DNA from: Acidobacteriota bacterium
Lineage (GTDB): Bacteria > Acidobacteriota > Thermoanaerobaculia > Gp7-AA8
Assembly: GCA_019244185.1 (NCBI GenBank)
Contig: JAFATB010000012.1
Location: 96,001-160,000 of the forward strand
Length of the DNA: 64,000 nt
Direction: 5' to 3'
The notes under the pieces are model-generated. The model was not told where the DNA came from, did not search any database, and saw only the letters and a list, made by a program, of their open reading frames with translations. This document shows positions 9,858 through 19,106 of the stretch, in pieces (positions within the stretch are counted from its first letter, which is position 1; the number at the start of each line of letters is the position of its first letter). The position numbers were made by a program, and so were the translations under genes.

Positions 9858-11199
9858 TCAGCGCCGCCGCGCGCGCAGACCGCCGAAGAGAATCGCCGCC
9901 GCGGCGAACGGTGGGGACCGCCGCCGCGATCGCGAGCCGATCGGTCCAGCGACGCGGCTGCAGTGCAGGCCGGCGGCTGATGCAAATCGTGGTGATCGCG
10001 CCGTCGCACAAAGCCGCGACGGCGGCGGCGCGCGCCAGCGGTCGTCGCCAGCGTTTCGCGAGCGACAGCAGCACTCCGCACATCACCGCATCGAACGCGA
10101 CCCAGCCCGCCTGCTCGCGTCGCGAGGCGAACCAGCGTCGCGTGTCGGCTGCCGCGAGCACGATCGTCCACGGCACGAGCAGCGCGCCGAGGCCGAAGAT
10201 CACCGGCGCCGGTCCGCGGCCGACCGCCTGCAGTGCGAAGCGAATCGGCCGTCCGGCGGCGAACGCGGCGAGCACGTCGAACACCGCCGTGACCACGCTC
10301 TGATCGCCGGGCCACGCGATGGAGATCGGCGTCCAGACATCGGGCCGCAGCTTCGCTTTGAACGCGCGCAGTCCTTCGAAGTTGTAGAAGCCGCCGAGGA
10401 GTTTGCGGACGAGCCGTTGCCACGGCTCTTCGCCGGCGAGCGGCGCCAGTCCCAGCGTGACGAACGAACAGCCGTCCGCCGCGACGTCGCGCATCGCGGT
10501 GTCGATCATCAGCTCCGTCGTGCCGCTCGGCGACGACGGATCGCGCAGGATGTCTTCGAAGAACCATCCCGCGCGCTCGTACACCGGCACGGCGATGAGC
10601 GTGCCGACGACGCGCCCTGCCGCGCGCGCGACGTAGTAGCGGCGCTCGTCCGCGAACGAGAACGGCTCCAGCGCCACGAGAAACGACATCGGCGGCATCG
10701 GCCGCGCGCAGAGCCAGCGGTCGATGAGCTGCTCGAGCTCCGCGCGCATCGCGCCGGCCGCTTCGTGCGACGGCACGCGCGCGATGGACACGCCTTTCGC
10801 ACGCGCACGCCGCAGCTGCTCCTTGAAGCTGCGATGCCCGCAATGCCCTTCCGTCCACGCGCGCGGGTCCCACGACGGCTGCTCGCCGACCGCGAGCGAA
10901 CGCATCGACGCGCACGCGAGAAAGCGCGGCTCCGTCGCGAAGAACACGGTGCGCCTGCGCTGCCGCCGCGCTTCACTCGCAAAACGTTCCGTGACTTCCG
11001 CGCATCGTCCGAGGGCCGCAATCGGCGCGCCGGCGACGACCCACGCGCGGCCGGTGTCGAGATACGCGACCGCTGCATCGCCTTCCGGATCGAACCAGTA
11101 GCGGAAGCCCTGCTCCATCACCTGGAACGAGGTCGCGTTCCAGCCGTGGCGGCGCAACAACTCCAGCAGGCGTCGTCGCTGCGGATGTTCACCATCCAT
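9858..11199 (-). CDS. MprF/DUF2156-like aminoacyl-phosphatidylglycerol transferase domain protein, with an apparent frameshift near 9910
   Basis: WVVAGAPI, GTTEL, LGLAPL and YNFEGLRAFKAKLRP motifs. Removing one base restores ...PTFAAAAILFGGLRARRR* ending at 9858. Confidence 0.75.
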
Positions 11200-11293
11200 G
11201 CGAGGGATTCGAGGCGTGCCAGTTGGATGCCCGGGAAGGGGTACCATCGTCCGCGTTCAAAGGACATCGACAGTGCACGGCGGTCTGCGATCC

Positions 11294-12781
11294 ATGGCGG
11301 TGATGGCGTTTCTGCTCGTGCTCGGCGGTCTTCGCGCCGTGCAAGCGCAGCCGGCGACATCGACGGCGAAGACTGCCGTCGATCCCGCGCGCGCCCAAGT
11401 GCAGTGGTCGGAGCGCGAGCTCGCGTATCTCCAGAGCCGCGGGCCGATCCGCATGTGCGTGGCTCCCGACTGGATGCCGATCGAAGGGATCGATCGCGAC
11501 GGCGGGTACACCGGCATGGCCGCGGACTTCATCCGCCTCATGATCCGTCGCGGCGGCTTGAACGTGCAGCTCGTTCGCACGCGCACATGGGACGAGTCGT
11601 TCGCCCTCGGCCAACGCAGGCAGTGCGACATCTTCTCGCTGCTGATGGACTCGCCGTCGCGGCGATCGTTTCTCGACTTCACGACTCCGTATCTCGAGAT
11701 CCCGGGCGTGATCGCCACCTCGGTCAACGTTCCGTTCGTCGCGAATCTGGAGCAGGTCCGAGGCAAGCGTCTCGGCCACATGCGCGGCTTCGCGGGCATC
11801 GAGCTCCTGCGCCAGAGCCACCCCGGCATTCAGCTGATCCCGGTGGACAGCTACGAAGAAGGGTTGACGAAGGTGCAGGACGGCGAGCTGTACGGGTTCA
11901 TCGGCAACATGATGAGCGTCGGCCGCGCGCTGCAGGAAAACAAGATCTACGACGTGAAGATCGCGGGGCGCATCGGCCACGACAACCTGATGAGCGTGGC
12001 CACGCGCAACGACCAGCCCGTGCTCCGCGACGTTTTCCAGAAGCTCGTCGACACGATCACGCCCGCGGAACGGCAGGACATCATGAACCGCTGGATCGCC
12101 GTCCGCTTCGAGGAAGGCTTCGACTATCGGCGCTTCTGGCAGATCTTCGGCGTGTTCGCGCTCGTCGGCGTAGTGACGCTGTTCTGGGCGACGAAGCTGC
12201 GCCGGCTGAACGCGGAGCTGCGCGCGGCCAACTCGCGACTGGCCGAGACGAGCCGCCGCGACGGCCTGACCGGCTTGTATAACCGCATGCACTTCGACGA
12301 GATCGTCGTGCCGACGCTGCACCTCTGCGCGCGCAACGCGCTGACGATGACGCTGGCCATCATCGATCTCGATCGATTCAAGGACATCAACGACACGTAC
12401 GGACATCCCTTCGGCGACGCCTGCCTGCGGCACGTCGCGGCGGTCCTGCGCAAATCGTTTCGCCGCGACTCGGACACGGCGGTGCGTTACGGCGGCGAAG
12501 AGCTCATCGTGATCAGCGTCGGCGGAACGCCGCCGGAGATGATCGAACGATTGGAGGCCTTCCGCCGCGAGATCGAGCAGTCGCTCGTCGCGCTCGACAG
12601 CCGGCAATCGAGGCTGACGCTCAGCATCGGAGTGTGGTCCGCCATCCCCGACGTGCATGACGATCCGATGCAACTGCTCAAGCTCGCCGACGCCGCGCTG
12701 TATCGCGCGAAGCGGGAAGGCCGCAACCGCCTGGCCGTGGCCGGCGACGCGGTGTCCCAGGTCAGCTCGCAGGGGGCGTGA
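11294..12781 (+). CDS. Diguanylate cyclase with a periplasmic solute-binding domain
   Basis: Signal peptide, SBP domain, TM helix, DGLTGLYNR, DLDRFKDINDTYGH and RYGGEEL motifs. Confidence 0.88.
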   Translation: MAVMAFLLVLGGLRAVQAQPATSTAKTAVDPARAQVQWSERELAYLQSRGPIRMCVAPDWMPIEGIDRDGGYTGMAADFIRLMIRRGGLNVQLVRTRTWDESFALGQRRQCDIFSLLMDSPSRRSFLDFTTPYLEIPGVIATSVNVPFVANLEQVRGKRLGHMRGFAGIELLRQSHPGIQLIPVDSYEEGLTKVQDGELYGFIGNMMSVGRALQENKIYDVKIAGRIGHDNLMSVATRNDQPVLRDVFQKLVDTITPAERQDIMNRWIAVRFEEGFDYRRFWQIFGVFALVGVVTLFWATKLRRLNAELRAANSRLAETSRRDGLTGLYNRMHFDEIVVPTLHLCARNALTMTLAIIDLDRFKDINDTYGHPFGDACLRHVAAVLRKSFRRDSDTAVRYGGEELIVISVGGTPPEMIERLEAFRREIEQSLVALDSRQSRLTLSIGVWSAIPDVHDDPMQLLKLADAALYRAKREGRNRLAVAGDAVSQVSSQGA

Positions 12782-12804
12782 GCCGCGTACGCCCGCGGGC
12801 GAAA

Positions 12805-12837
12805 CCGCCGTTCGTCCGCGCAAATCCGCCATTCGTC
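12805..12837 (+). promoter_or_regulatory. LytTR-type direct-repeat binding site
   Basis: CCGCCGTTCGTC (12805) and CCGCCATTCGTC (12826) are at 21-nt periodicity upstream of the DUF4386-like gene. Confidence 0.55.
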
Positions 12838-12882
12838 GCAAGCGGGTTGCGGCGCGACGTCGGACGCGCGAGATTGCATCGC

Positions 12883-13650
12883 ATGCAGACCGCCACCAGC
12901 TCCGCCCTCTCGCCCGCCATCGCGTATCGCGACTCGACTGTCGACGCGACGTCCCTCATGAGGCCTCGCGTCATCGCCCGAGCGGCGGGCATTCTGCTGC
13001 TGCTGACGCTCATCGGCGGCATCTACGCGCAAGGCTTCGTCAGCGACCAGCTGATTTCGTTCACCGACGCCGCGCTGACGGCGCGCAACATCCTCGGGCA
13101 TCAGTCGGTGTTTCAGCTGAGCTTCGCGGTGTTTCTGCTCGAGATGACGTGTCAGATCGCGTCGGTCGCGCTGTTCTACCGGCTGCTCAGTCCCGTCAGC
13201 CGCAGCCTCGCGCTGGTCAGTACGTGCGTCGAGCTCAGTGGCGCGGTGATCAAGACGCTGAGCCGGCTCTTCTACATCACGCCGCTGTTCGTCCTCTCCG
13301 GCACGAGCGCGCTGAACGCCTTCAGCGCGGAGCAGCTCCGCGCGATCGCGCTGCTGTTGCTCAAGATCAACGATCGCGGCGCGGCGATGGCGCTGGCGTT
13401 CTTCGGCGTCAGCGCGGTGCTGCACGGCTATCTCATCTTCCGCTCGACGTTCCTGCCGCGCGCGCTCGGCATCGCCTGCATGATCGCCGGCGCCGGCTGG
13501 CTGCGCTTCTACTACCCGCCGCTGCACTTCCCGTCGTTCATGATGATCGCCGCCCTGGCGCTGCTCGTCTCCGCGGTGGAGATCTTCTGGCTGATCGTCT
13601 TTGGCGTCGACGAGGAGAAGTGGAAGGAGCGTTACCGCCTGTCGAGGTAG
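12883..13650 (+). CDS. DUF4386-like membrane protein (paralog of 7450-8160)
   Basis: ARAAGIL and RSTFLPRALG motifs; multiple TM helices. The start could be 12958. Confidence 0.75.
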   Translation: MQTATSSALSPAIAYRDSTVDATSLMRPRVIARAAGILLLLTLIGGIYAQGFVSDQLISFTDAALTARNILGHQSVFQLSFAVFLLEMTCQIASVALFYRLLSPVSRSLALVSTCVELSGAVIKTLSRLFYITPLFVLSGTSALNAFSAEQLRAIALLLLKINDRGAAMALAFFGVSAVLHGYLIFRSTFLPRALGIACMIAGAGWLRFYYPPLHFPSFMMIAALALLVSAVEIFWLIVFGVDEEKWKERYRLSR

Positions 13651-14027
13651 GCCTTGATCTTCTGCCAGTACTGATCGCGCCACGCCTGTTCGGTTTCGGG
13701 GATGAGATCCTTCGGCACGCCGCGATGGGTCAGCACGAGCTCGGTCCCACCGTCCGGCGTCCGCTTCAGCGTCACGGCCGCCATCGAGAAGATCCCCTCG
13801 GGGAACCGGCGGTGCCGCCACGCCTGCACGATGCGCTGGCCGGGAACGAGATCGACGTTGATGCCGGTGACGTCACTTTCACCAATGGAAAACGCGCCGC
13901 CGATCTCGCCGCTGATGACCGCACGTTTGCCGGTGATCGCGCTGTGCTTGCGCGAGTCGGCGAGCAGCTCGTAGACCGTCGCGGGATCGGCCTTGAACTT
14001 CACACGCTGTTTGATGGTCTTGCACAT
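13632..14027 (-). CDS. SRPBCC/Aha1 domain protein
   Basis: LVPGQRIVQAWR and TELVLTHRGVP motifs. Confidence 0.85.
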   Translation of the reverse strand: MCKTIKQRVKFKADPATVYELLADSRKHSAITGKRAVISGEIGGAFSIGESDVTGINVDLVPGQRIVQAWRHRRFPEGIFSMAAVTLKRTPDGGTELVLTHRGVPKDLIPETEQAWRDQYWQKIKAYLDRR

Positions 14028-14080
14028 ACTTGGGCGAGAATACGCGTTCGCGCGCGATCGCGCACAAGGAGCCGACGAGC

Positions 14081-14557
14081 ATGCAGCCGAAAAACACGAT
14101 CTGTCTCTGGTTCGACAAAGACGCCCTCGACGCCGCGGAGTTCTACGCCGCCACGTTTCCGGACAGCAAAGTGACCGCCGTGCATCGCGCGCCCGCCGAC
14201 TACCCGGGCGGCAAGAAGGACGACGTACTGACGGTGAACTTCACCGTGGTCGGGATTCCGTGCATGGGTCTCAACGGCGGCCCGGTGATGCGGCACAGCG
14301 AAGCCTTCTCGTTTCAGATCGCGACGGACGATCAGGAAGAGACGGATCGCTACTGGAACGCGATCGTCGGCAACGGCGGCAAGGAAAGCGACTGCGGCTG
14401 GTGCAAAGACCGCTGGGGCCTCTCCTGGCAAATCACGCCGCGCGCCCTCACCGACGCGCTCGCGGCCGGCGGCGACGAAGCGAAACGCGCGTTCAACGCG
14501 ATGCTGACGATGCAGAAGATCGATGTGGCCATGATCGAGGCCGCGCGGCGGGGATGA
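14081..14557 (+). CDS. VOC family PhnB/3-demethylubiquinone-9 methyltransferase-like protein
   Basis: CLWFD, LNGGP and CGWCKDRWGLSWQI motifs; AAGGAG SD. Confidence 0.9.
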   Translation: MQPKNTICLWFDKDALDAAEFYAATFPDSKVTAVHRAPADYPGGKKDDVLTVNFTVVGIPCMGLNGGPVMRHSEAFSFQIATDDQEETDRYWNAIVGNGGKESDCGWCKDRWGLSWQITPRALTDALAAGGDEAKRAFNAMLTMQKIDVAMIEAARRG

Positions 14558-14590
14558 GCGTGAACGCAGGTGCGGCAATCACGCGTCTGA

Positions 14591-15773
14591 CTAGCGCAAC
14601 GATTTCTCGAGAATGTCGAGTCCCGCCTTCGCGGTGCGTCGATCGAGAGTGAGCGGCGGAAACATCGTGAGCGCGTTCCCGGCTGTCGTGATCAGCAGGC
14701 CGTTCTTGTTGCAGCGATCGTCGATCTCGGAGACATAGTCGTCGTCCTCGCCTGCCTCGACGGCGATGGCCATGCCGCGGATGCGTATCTCTTTTAGATC
14801 TTCGAACTGCATCCCCGCGAGCCGCTCGCCGAAGTACGCGCTGATTTCGGCGGCGTTCCCGAGAACGCGCGCCTGATTGCGAATGAGCCACCGAACGTTG
14901 CGGATGGCGATGTCCACCGTCGACGGATGCCAGCCATAGGTTGAATAGAAGCCGACTTCACCTTCGACGGATTTCGCGACCTTGCGCGTGACGATCGTCG
15001 CGCCCATCGGCGCGAATCCGCCGGTGATGGCCTTGCCCATACACAGGATGTCGGGCTCGAGATCGAAGTGCTCCGACGCGAACAGCTTTCCGGTGCGGCC
15101 GAATCCGCACGCCACTTCATCGGCGATGAACAGCGTTCCGTAGCGGCGGCAAAGTTGCTGCGCGCGCTTCATGAACGCGTCCTCGGGAATCAGCACGGCG
15201 AGGTTGCAGCTGATCGGCTCCATGATGAGCGCCGCGACGTCGCGCTTTTTCAGAAGCGTCTCCAGCCGCGCGATCGCCACGATCGCCGAGGGGCGGCGAG
15301 ATCGTGACGCAGCTCGGCAGCAGATTCGGATACGGCTCGCGCTCTTCGCTCGATGCCACGCTGACCGTGCCGATCGTGTTGCCGTGATAGCTCCCCTCGA
15401 TCGAGACAAACTTGCGGCGGCCGGTCGACGCCATGGCGAGCTGCAGCGCGATGTCGACGGCTTCCGATCCACCGGTCGCACGGTACGTCTTCTCGAGTTG
15501 CCCCGGCGTGATCTCGGCAAGCAACTGAGCGAGCTCCACCCACGGCTGGTACAAGTACTCGGGGTAGACGTAATCCGGCCGCCGGCGCGCCGGCGACTGC
15601 TTGATCGCGGTGTTGTCCCAACCGAAGTTGCCGACGCACCAGCCCGACAGGAAATCGATGTAGCGTCTGCCGCGGGCGTCATACACGAATGCGCCCTTCG
15701 TTCGCGCGACCTGTACGTCTTGCGCCGGCGACTCGCGTCCCAGGTATTTGCGGTCGAGCTGGCGCAGATTCAC
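14591..15773 (-). pseudogene. Class III PLP-dependent aminotransferase, frameshifted near 15278 (pseudogene or assembly indel)
   Basis: The N-half (YIDFLSG, TGGSEAV, SYHG) is in one frame and the C-half (IMEPI, IADEVACGFGRTG, MGKAITGG) is in another. Confidence 0.8.
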
Positions 15774-15920
15774 ACGGAGCGAGCGTGCACGAACGAAGCC
15801 CGGGATCGTCGCGACCGTCGCGGTCGCACTGGTGTCGCGCAAATTCTTCAGGACGGAAAACGCTGGAGAGGAGGCAGCCTGAAGGAGGCTGGGCCAACAA
15901 GCGCTGGCGGTCGCACCGCC

Positions 15921-15994
15921 TGGCTGGGAGACAGGGACTCGAACCCCGATTCAGCGGTCCAGAGCCGCTTGTCCTACCATTGAACGATCTCCCA
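15921..15994 (-). tRNA. tRNA-Gln (anticodon CTG)
   Basis: TGGGAGA...AGCGG-CTCTGGA-CCGCT...GGTTCGAGTCC...TCTCCCA-GCCA; 74 nt with encoded CCA. Confidence 0.95.
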
Positions 15995-16104
15995 GCAAAT
16001 GGCGGGGCGGGATGCTACTCCGCGGCAAACGCCAGGGTCAAGGTGGACATTCCAGCGTTGCACGCTTGCCGAACGTGGCACAATCTTCGAGAGGATCGAC
16101 GCCC

Positions 16105-16434
16105 ATGTTGCCGGAAGTCTTCGAGTGTCCGCAGTGCGAGCGCCAGTTCGTGGTCGAGCTGGTGGAGTCGTCTGCCGAGCGCTCGATTCACTGCCCGCAG
16201 TGCAAGCGCTACCTCGGCGAGAAGGACCTCAACTTCATCATCGTCAGCGAGATCGAAGAGCTCGCGGAACGCCTCCGCTTCGAGCGCGACCGGCTCGAAC
16301 GCGATGAAGCCGTTTACTCGATGACCGACTGCGACGCCGAGCTGCGCACGTACGGCGGCGAAGTCCACAAGGTCCTGCACATCCTCCGGCGCACGCTCGC
16401 CGATCTCGACTCGCTGAAGCAGACGTACCGGTGA
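16105..16434 (+). CDS. Zinc-ribbon protein
   Basis: Two CPQC motifs; GTGA coupling to the next gene. Confidence 0.75.
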   Translation: MLPEVFECPQCERQFVVELVESSAERSIHCPQCKRYLGEKDLNFIIVSEIEELAERLRFERDRLERDEAVYSMTDCDAELRTYGGEVHKVLHILRRTLADLDSLKQTYR

Positions 16435-17639
16435 CGACGCTCCCGCTGGAGGGCATCCTCGTCGCCGATTTCTCGCGCGTCCTCGCGGGGCCGCTCTGCA
16501 CGCAGCTCCTCGCCGACGAAGGCGCGCGCGTCATCAAGGTCGAAGAGCCGGAGCGCGGCGACGAGACGCGGCGCTGGGGACCGCCGTTCGCTGGAACAAT
16601 CGGCGGCGGCATCAGCACGTACTTTCTCTCGCTCAACCGCAACAAGGAATCGCTCGCGCTCGACCTGCGCGGCGACGAAGGGCGCGCGCTCGCGCGAACG
16701 CTCATCGAGCGCGCCGACGTCGTCGTCGACAACTTCCTCCCGCCGCAGCGCGCGCAGCTCCTCGGTGACGTCGCGGCGATCAACCCGCGCGCGATTCACT
16801 GCTCGATCGGCGGCTTCGATCCTGACACGAGCGACGCGAACACGCCCGGCTATGACCTGCTCGCGCAAGCCGGCGCGGGGCTCATGTCGATCACCGGCGA
16901 CGACGAGCCGATGAAAGCCGGCGTCGCGCTCTCCGACGTGCTCACCGCGCATCACGCGCACGGTGCGATCTGCGCGGCGCTGTACGCGCGCACGCAGACG
17001 GGACGCGGCGCGCGGCTCGAGGTGTCGCTGTTCGCGTCGACGCTCGCGTCACTCGTCAACGTCGCGCAGGGCGCACTGGCGACGAACGTCGAGGCGCAGC
17101 GTTACGGCAACGCGCATCCGTCGATCGTTCCGTATCAGCTCTTTCACGCGAGCGATCGCATCTTCGCGCTCGGCGGCGGCACGGATCGGCACTTCCGCAT
17201 GCTCTGCGAGCGCGTGCTCGAGCAGCCGGAGCTCGCGGACGACGAACGCTTCGCGACGAACGCCGCGCGCGTGGCGCATCGCGAGGTGCTCGTACCGCTG
17301 CTGGAGGAATGTTTCCGCGCGCGGACGGCGGACGAATGGATCGCGCGTTGTCGCGATGCGAACATTCCGTGCTCGCTCGTCCAGGGCGTGCTCGAAGCGT
17401 TGCGCAGCGACGCCGGGCACGTCGTCGTCGCGGAGGTCGCGCATCCCGAGATCGGCCGCTACGAAACCGTCCGGCATCCGGTGCGCTTCGACGGCGAGCG
17501 CTTGCCGGTGCGCTTGCCGCCGCCGCGGCTCGGCGAGCACACCGAGGCGCTCGTGCGCGAGCTCAGTGCTGACCGGCGAACGACAGCGCGAGCAGCACCG
17601 TACAGGCAGCGAAGACGAAGCCGAGGACCGCGATCATGA
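16431..17639 (+). CDS. CaiB/BaiF family III CoA-transferase
   Basis: DFSRVLAGP, GDETRRWGPPF, NRNKES and PPRLGEHT motifs. Confidence 0.92.
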   Translation: MTTLPLEGILVADFSRVLAGPLCTQLLADEGARVIKVEEPERGDETRRWGPPFAGTIGGGISTYFLSLNRNKESLALDLRGDEGRALARTLIERADVVVDNFLPPQRAQLLGDVAAINPRAIHCSIGGFDPDTSDANTPGYDLLAQAGAGLMSITGDDEPMKAGVALSDVLTAHHAHGAICAALYARTQTGRGARLEVSLFASTLASLVNVAQGALATNVEAQRYGNAHPSIVPYQLFHASDRIFALGGGTDRHFRMLCERVLEQPELADDERFATNAARVAHREVLVPLLEECFRARTADEWIARCRDANIPCSLVQGVLEALRSDAGHVVVAEVAHPEIGRYETVRHPVRFDGERLPVRLPPPRLGEHTEALVRELSADRRTTARAAPYRQRRRSRGPRS

Positions 17640-17766
17640 GGATGAAGGGCGGCTTCTTTCCGGAAAACGAGCGGAAGGTGAAGAAGAGGATGGCCGCGGA
17701 GATGAGCGCGATCGAGCCGCCGAGGATGGAGACGAAGATCATTGCGCGCTGAAAGGCCGGATCCAC
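17563..17766 (-). CDS. Small two-TM membrane protein
   Basis: Two hydrophobic helices separated by a basic loop; 67 aa. Confidence 0.6.
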   Translation of the reverse strand: MDPAFQRAMIFVSILGGSIALISAAILFFTFRSFSGKKPPFILMIAVLGFVFAACTVLLALSFAGQH

Positions 17767-18434
17767 GCGCGCACGGTAGCAGGTTCCGCGCGGCGATCTT
17801 CGATTTCGACGAGACCATCGTCAACCTCGAGCCGCAGCACACCGCCGCGCACCAGGCGCTCTGTCGCGCGTACGGCGCCGACTACGCGTCGCTGCCGGAC
17901 AGCTTCCGCAACGGCTCCGGACGGCGGATCATCGACGACATCCGCATCATGCGCGCGCATTTCGGCTGGAGCGCGTCGGAGGAAGAACTGTTCGCGCTGC
18001 GGCAGCAGCACTTCGACGCGATCTGCGCGCGCGGCGGGCTGCGCGCGATGGACGGCGTCGTCGAGACCGTGCGCGCGTTGCAGGAGCGCGGGCTGCAGCT
18101 CGCGATCGCATCGTCGGCGGTGCGCGCGTCGATCGAGAAAGTGCTCGTGCAGCTCGGCCTGCGCGACGCGTTTCCGCTCATCGTCGACGGCAGCGAAGTG
18201 ACGCACGGCAAGCCCGATCCGGAGATCTACCGCATCACCGCGACGCGTCTCGGCGTCGAGCCGCACGCGTGCGTCGTCTTCGAAGACTCGCATGTCGGCG
18301 TCGTCGCGGCGAAGCGCGCGGAGATGTACTGCATCGCGGTGCGCAACGCCGCCGCGCTCGAATGGCAGGACCTGTCGATGGCGGACGTGGTCGTCGAGCG
18401 GATGTCGGACGCGCTCAGCGTTCTGCCACGGTGA
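17742..18434 (+). CDS. HAD-family phosphatase (start uncertain)
   Basis: IFDFDET, ASS, GKPDPEIY and FEDS motifs. Confidence 0.88.
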   Translation: MRAERPDPRAHGSRFRAAIFDFDETIVNLEPQHTAAHQALCRAYGADYASLPDSFRNGSGRRIIDDIRIMRAHFGWSASEEELFALRQQHFDAICARGGLRAMDGVVETVRALQERGLQLAIASSAVRASIEKVLVQLGLRDAFPLIVDGSEVTHGKPDPEIYRITATRLGVEPHACVVFEDSHVGVVAAKRAEMYCIAVRNAAALEWQDLSMADVVVERMSDALSVLPR

Positions 18435-19056
18435 GGTCGGCGAGGACGCGGATCAGATCGCGCGACTCGGCGTCGGAGCTCTCGTAGGTGCGGCAGAGCG
18501 ACTCGACTTCTTCCTCGTCCTCGTGCTCGGGCACGGTGAAGCCGTCGACCGGCTGCACGCGCGAGGTCGTGCGCGTGCGCGACCAGCGTTCGCCGTTCCA
18601 GCGGTAGGCGAAGTAACCGCGCGAGCGGGTGCGTCGTGCTTCGCCGAGGCGCGCCAGGATGTTCGCGCCGGCAGCGTGCGACTCGCCGGCGGCGTTCGCT
18701 TTCTGCGCGTCGAGGACGCGCGTGATGAACGTCGTCATCAGATCGTGCAGTCGCCGCCCGGACTCGCCGACCGCCTCGACGAAGCGCAGGCCGGAGTGCG
18801 AGACCGGACTCGCGCCGTCGCCGCCGGGCGTTTGCACGACGCTGCTGCGCGTAACTTCACAGAGGAACTCGACGTCTTCACTTTGCCAGCGGAAGGCGAG
18901 CCGGAAGCGTTCGCCGGGCTGGACGGTTCCGTAATGTTCGACGAAGGCGCCGTTCATGCCGATGTCGAGCACGAGCGCATTTTGCGAGCGCATCGTGGCG
19001 AGAATCGGTTTGGAGAGCCTCAGGCGCTGCGCGCCGCGCCGTTCTTCCGGTCGCAT
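18415..19056 (-). CDS. PilZ-like domain protein with an uncharacterized C-terminal domain
   Basis: ERRGAQR (RxxxR), LDIGMNGA and SGLRF motifs. Confidence 0.7.
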   Translation of the reverse strand: MRPEERRGAQRLRLSKPILATMRSQNALVLDIGMNGAFVEHYGTVQPGERFRLAFRWQSEDVEFLCEVTRSSVVQTPGGDGASPVSHSGLRFVEAVGESGRRLHDLMTTFITRVLDAQKANAAGESHAAGANILARLGEARRTRSRGYFAYRWNGERWSRTRTTSRVQPVDGFTVPEHEDEEEVESLCRTYESSDAESRDLIRVLADLTVAER

Positions 19057-19106
19057 CGCGCGGAATGGTAAGGCCTTTGCTGGCAAACAATGACGATCGA
19101 GGCCAT

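Noticed and set aside
9370-12282. 970-aa + strand ORF and similar long R/A-rich ORFs (e.g. 43237-46509, 32841-35105, 24347-26755)
   Set aside because: These are shadow frames of real genes in high-GC DNA, with no motifs.
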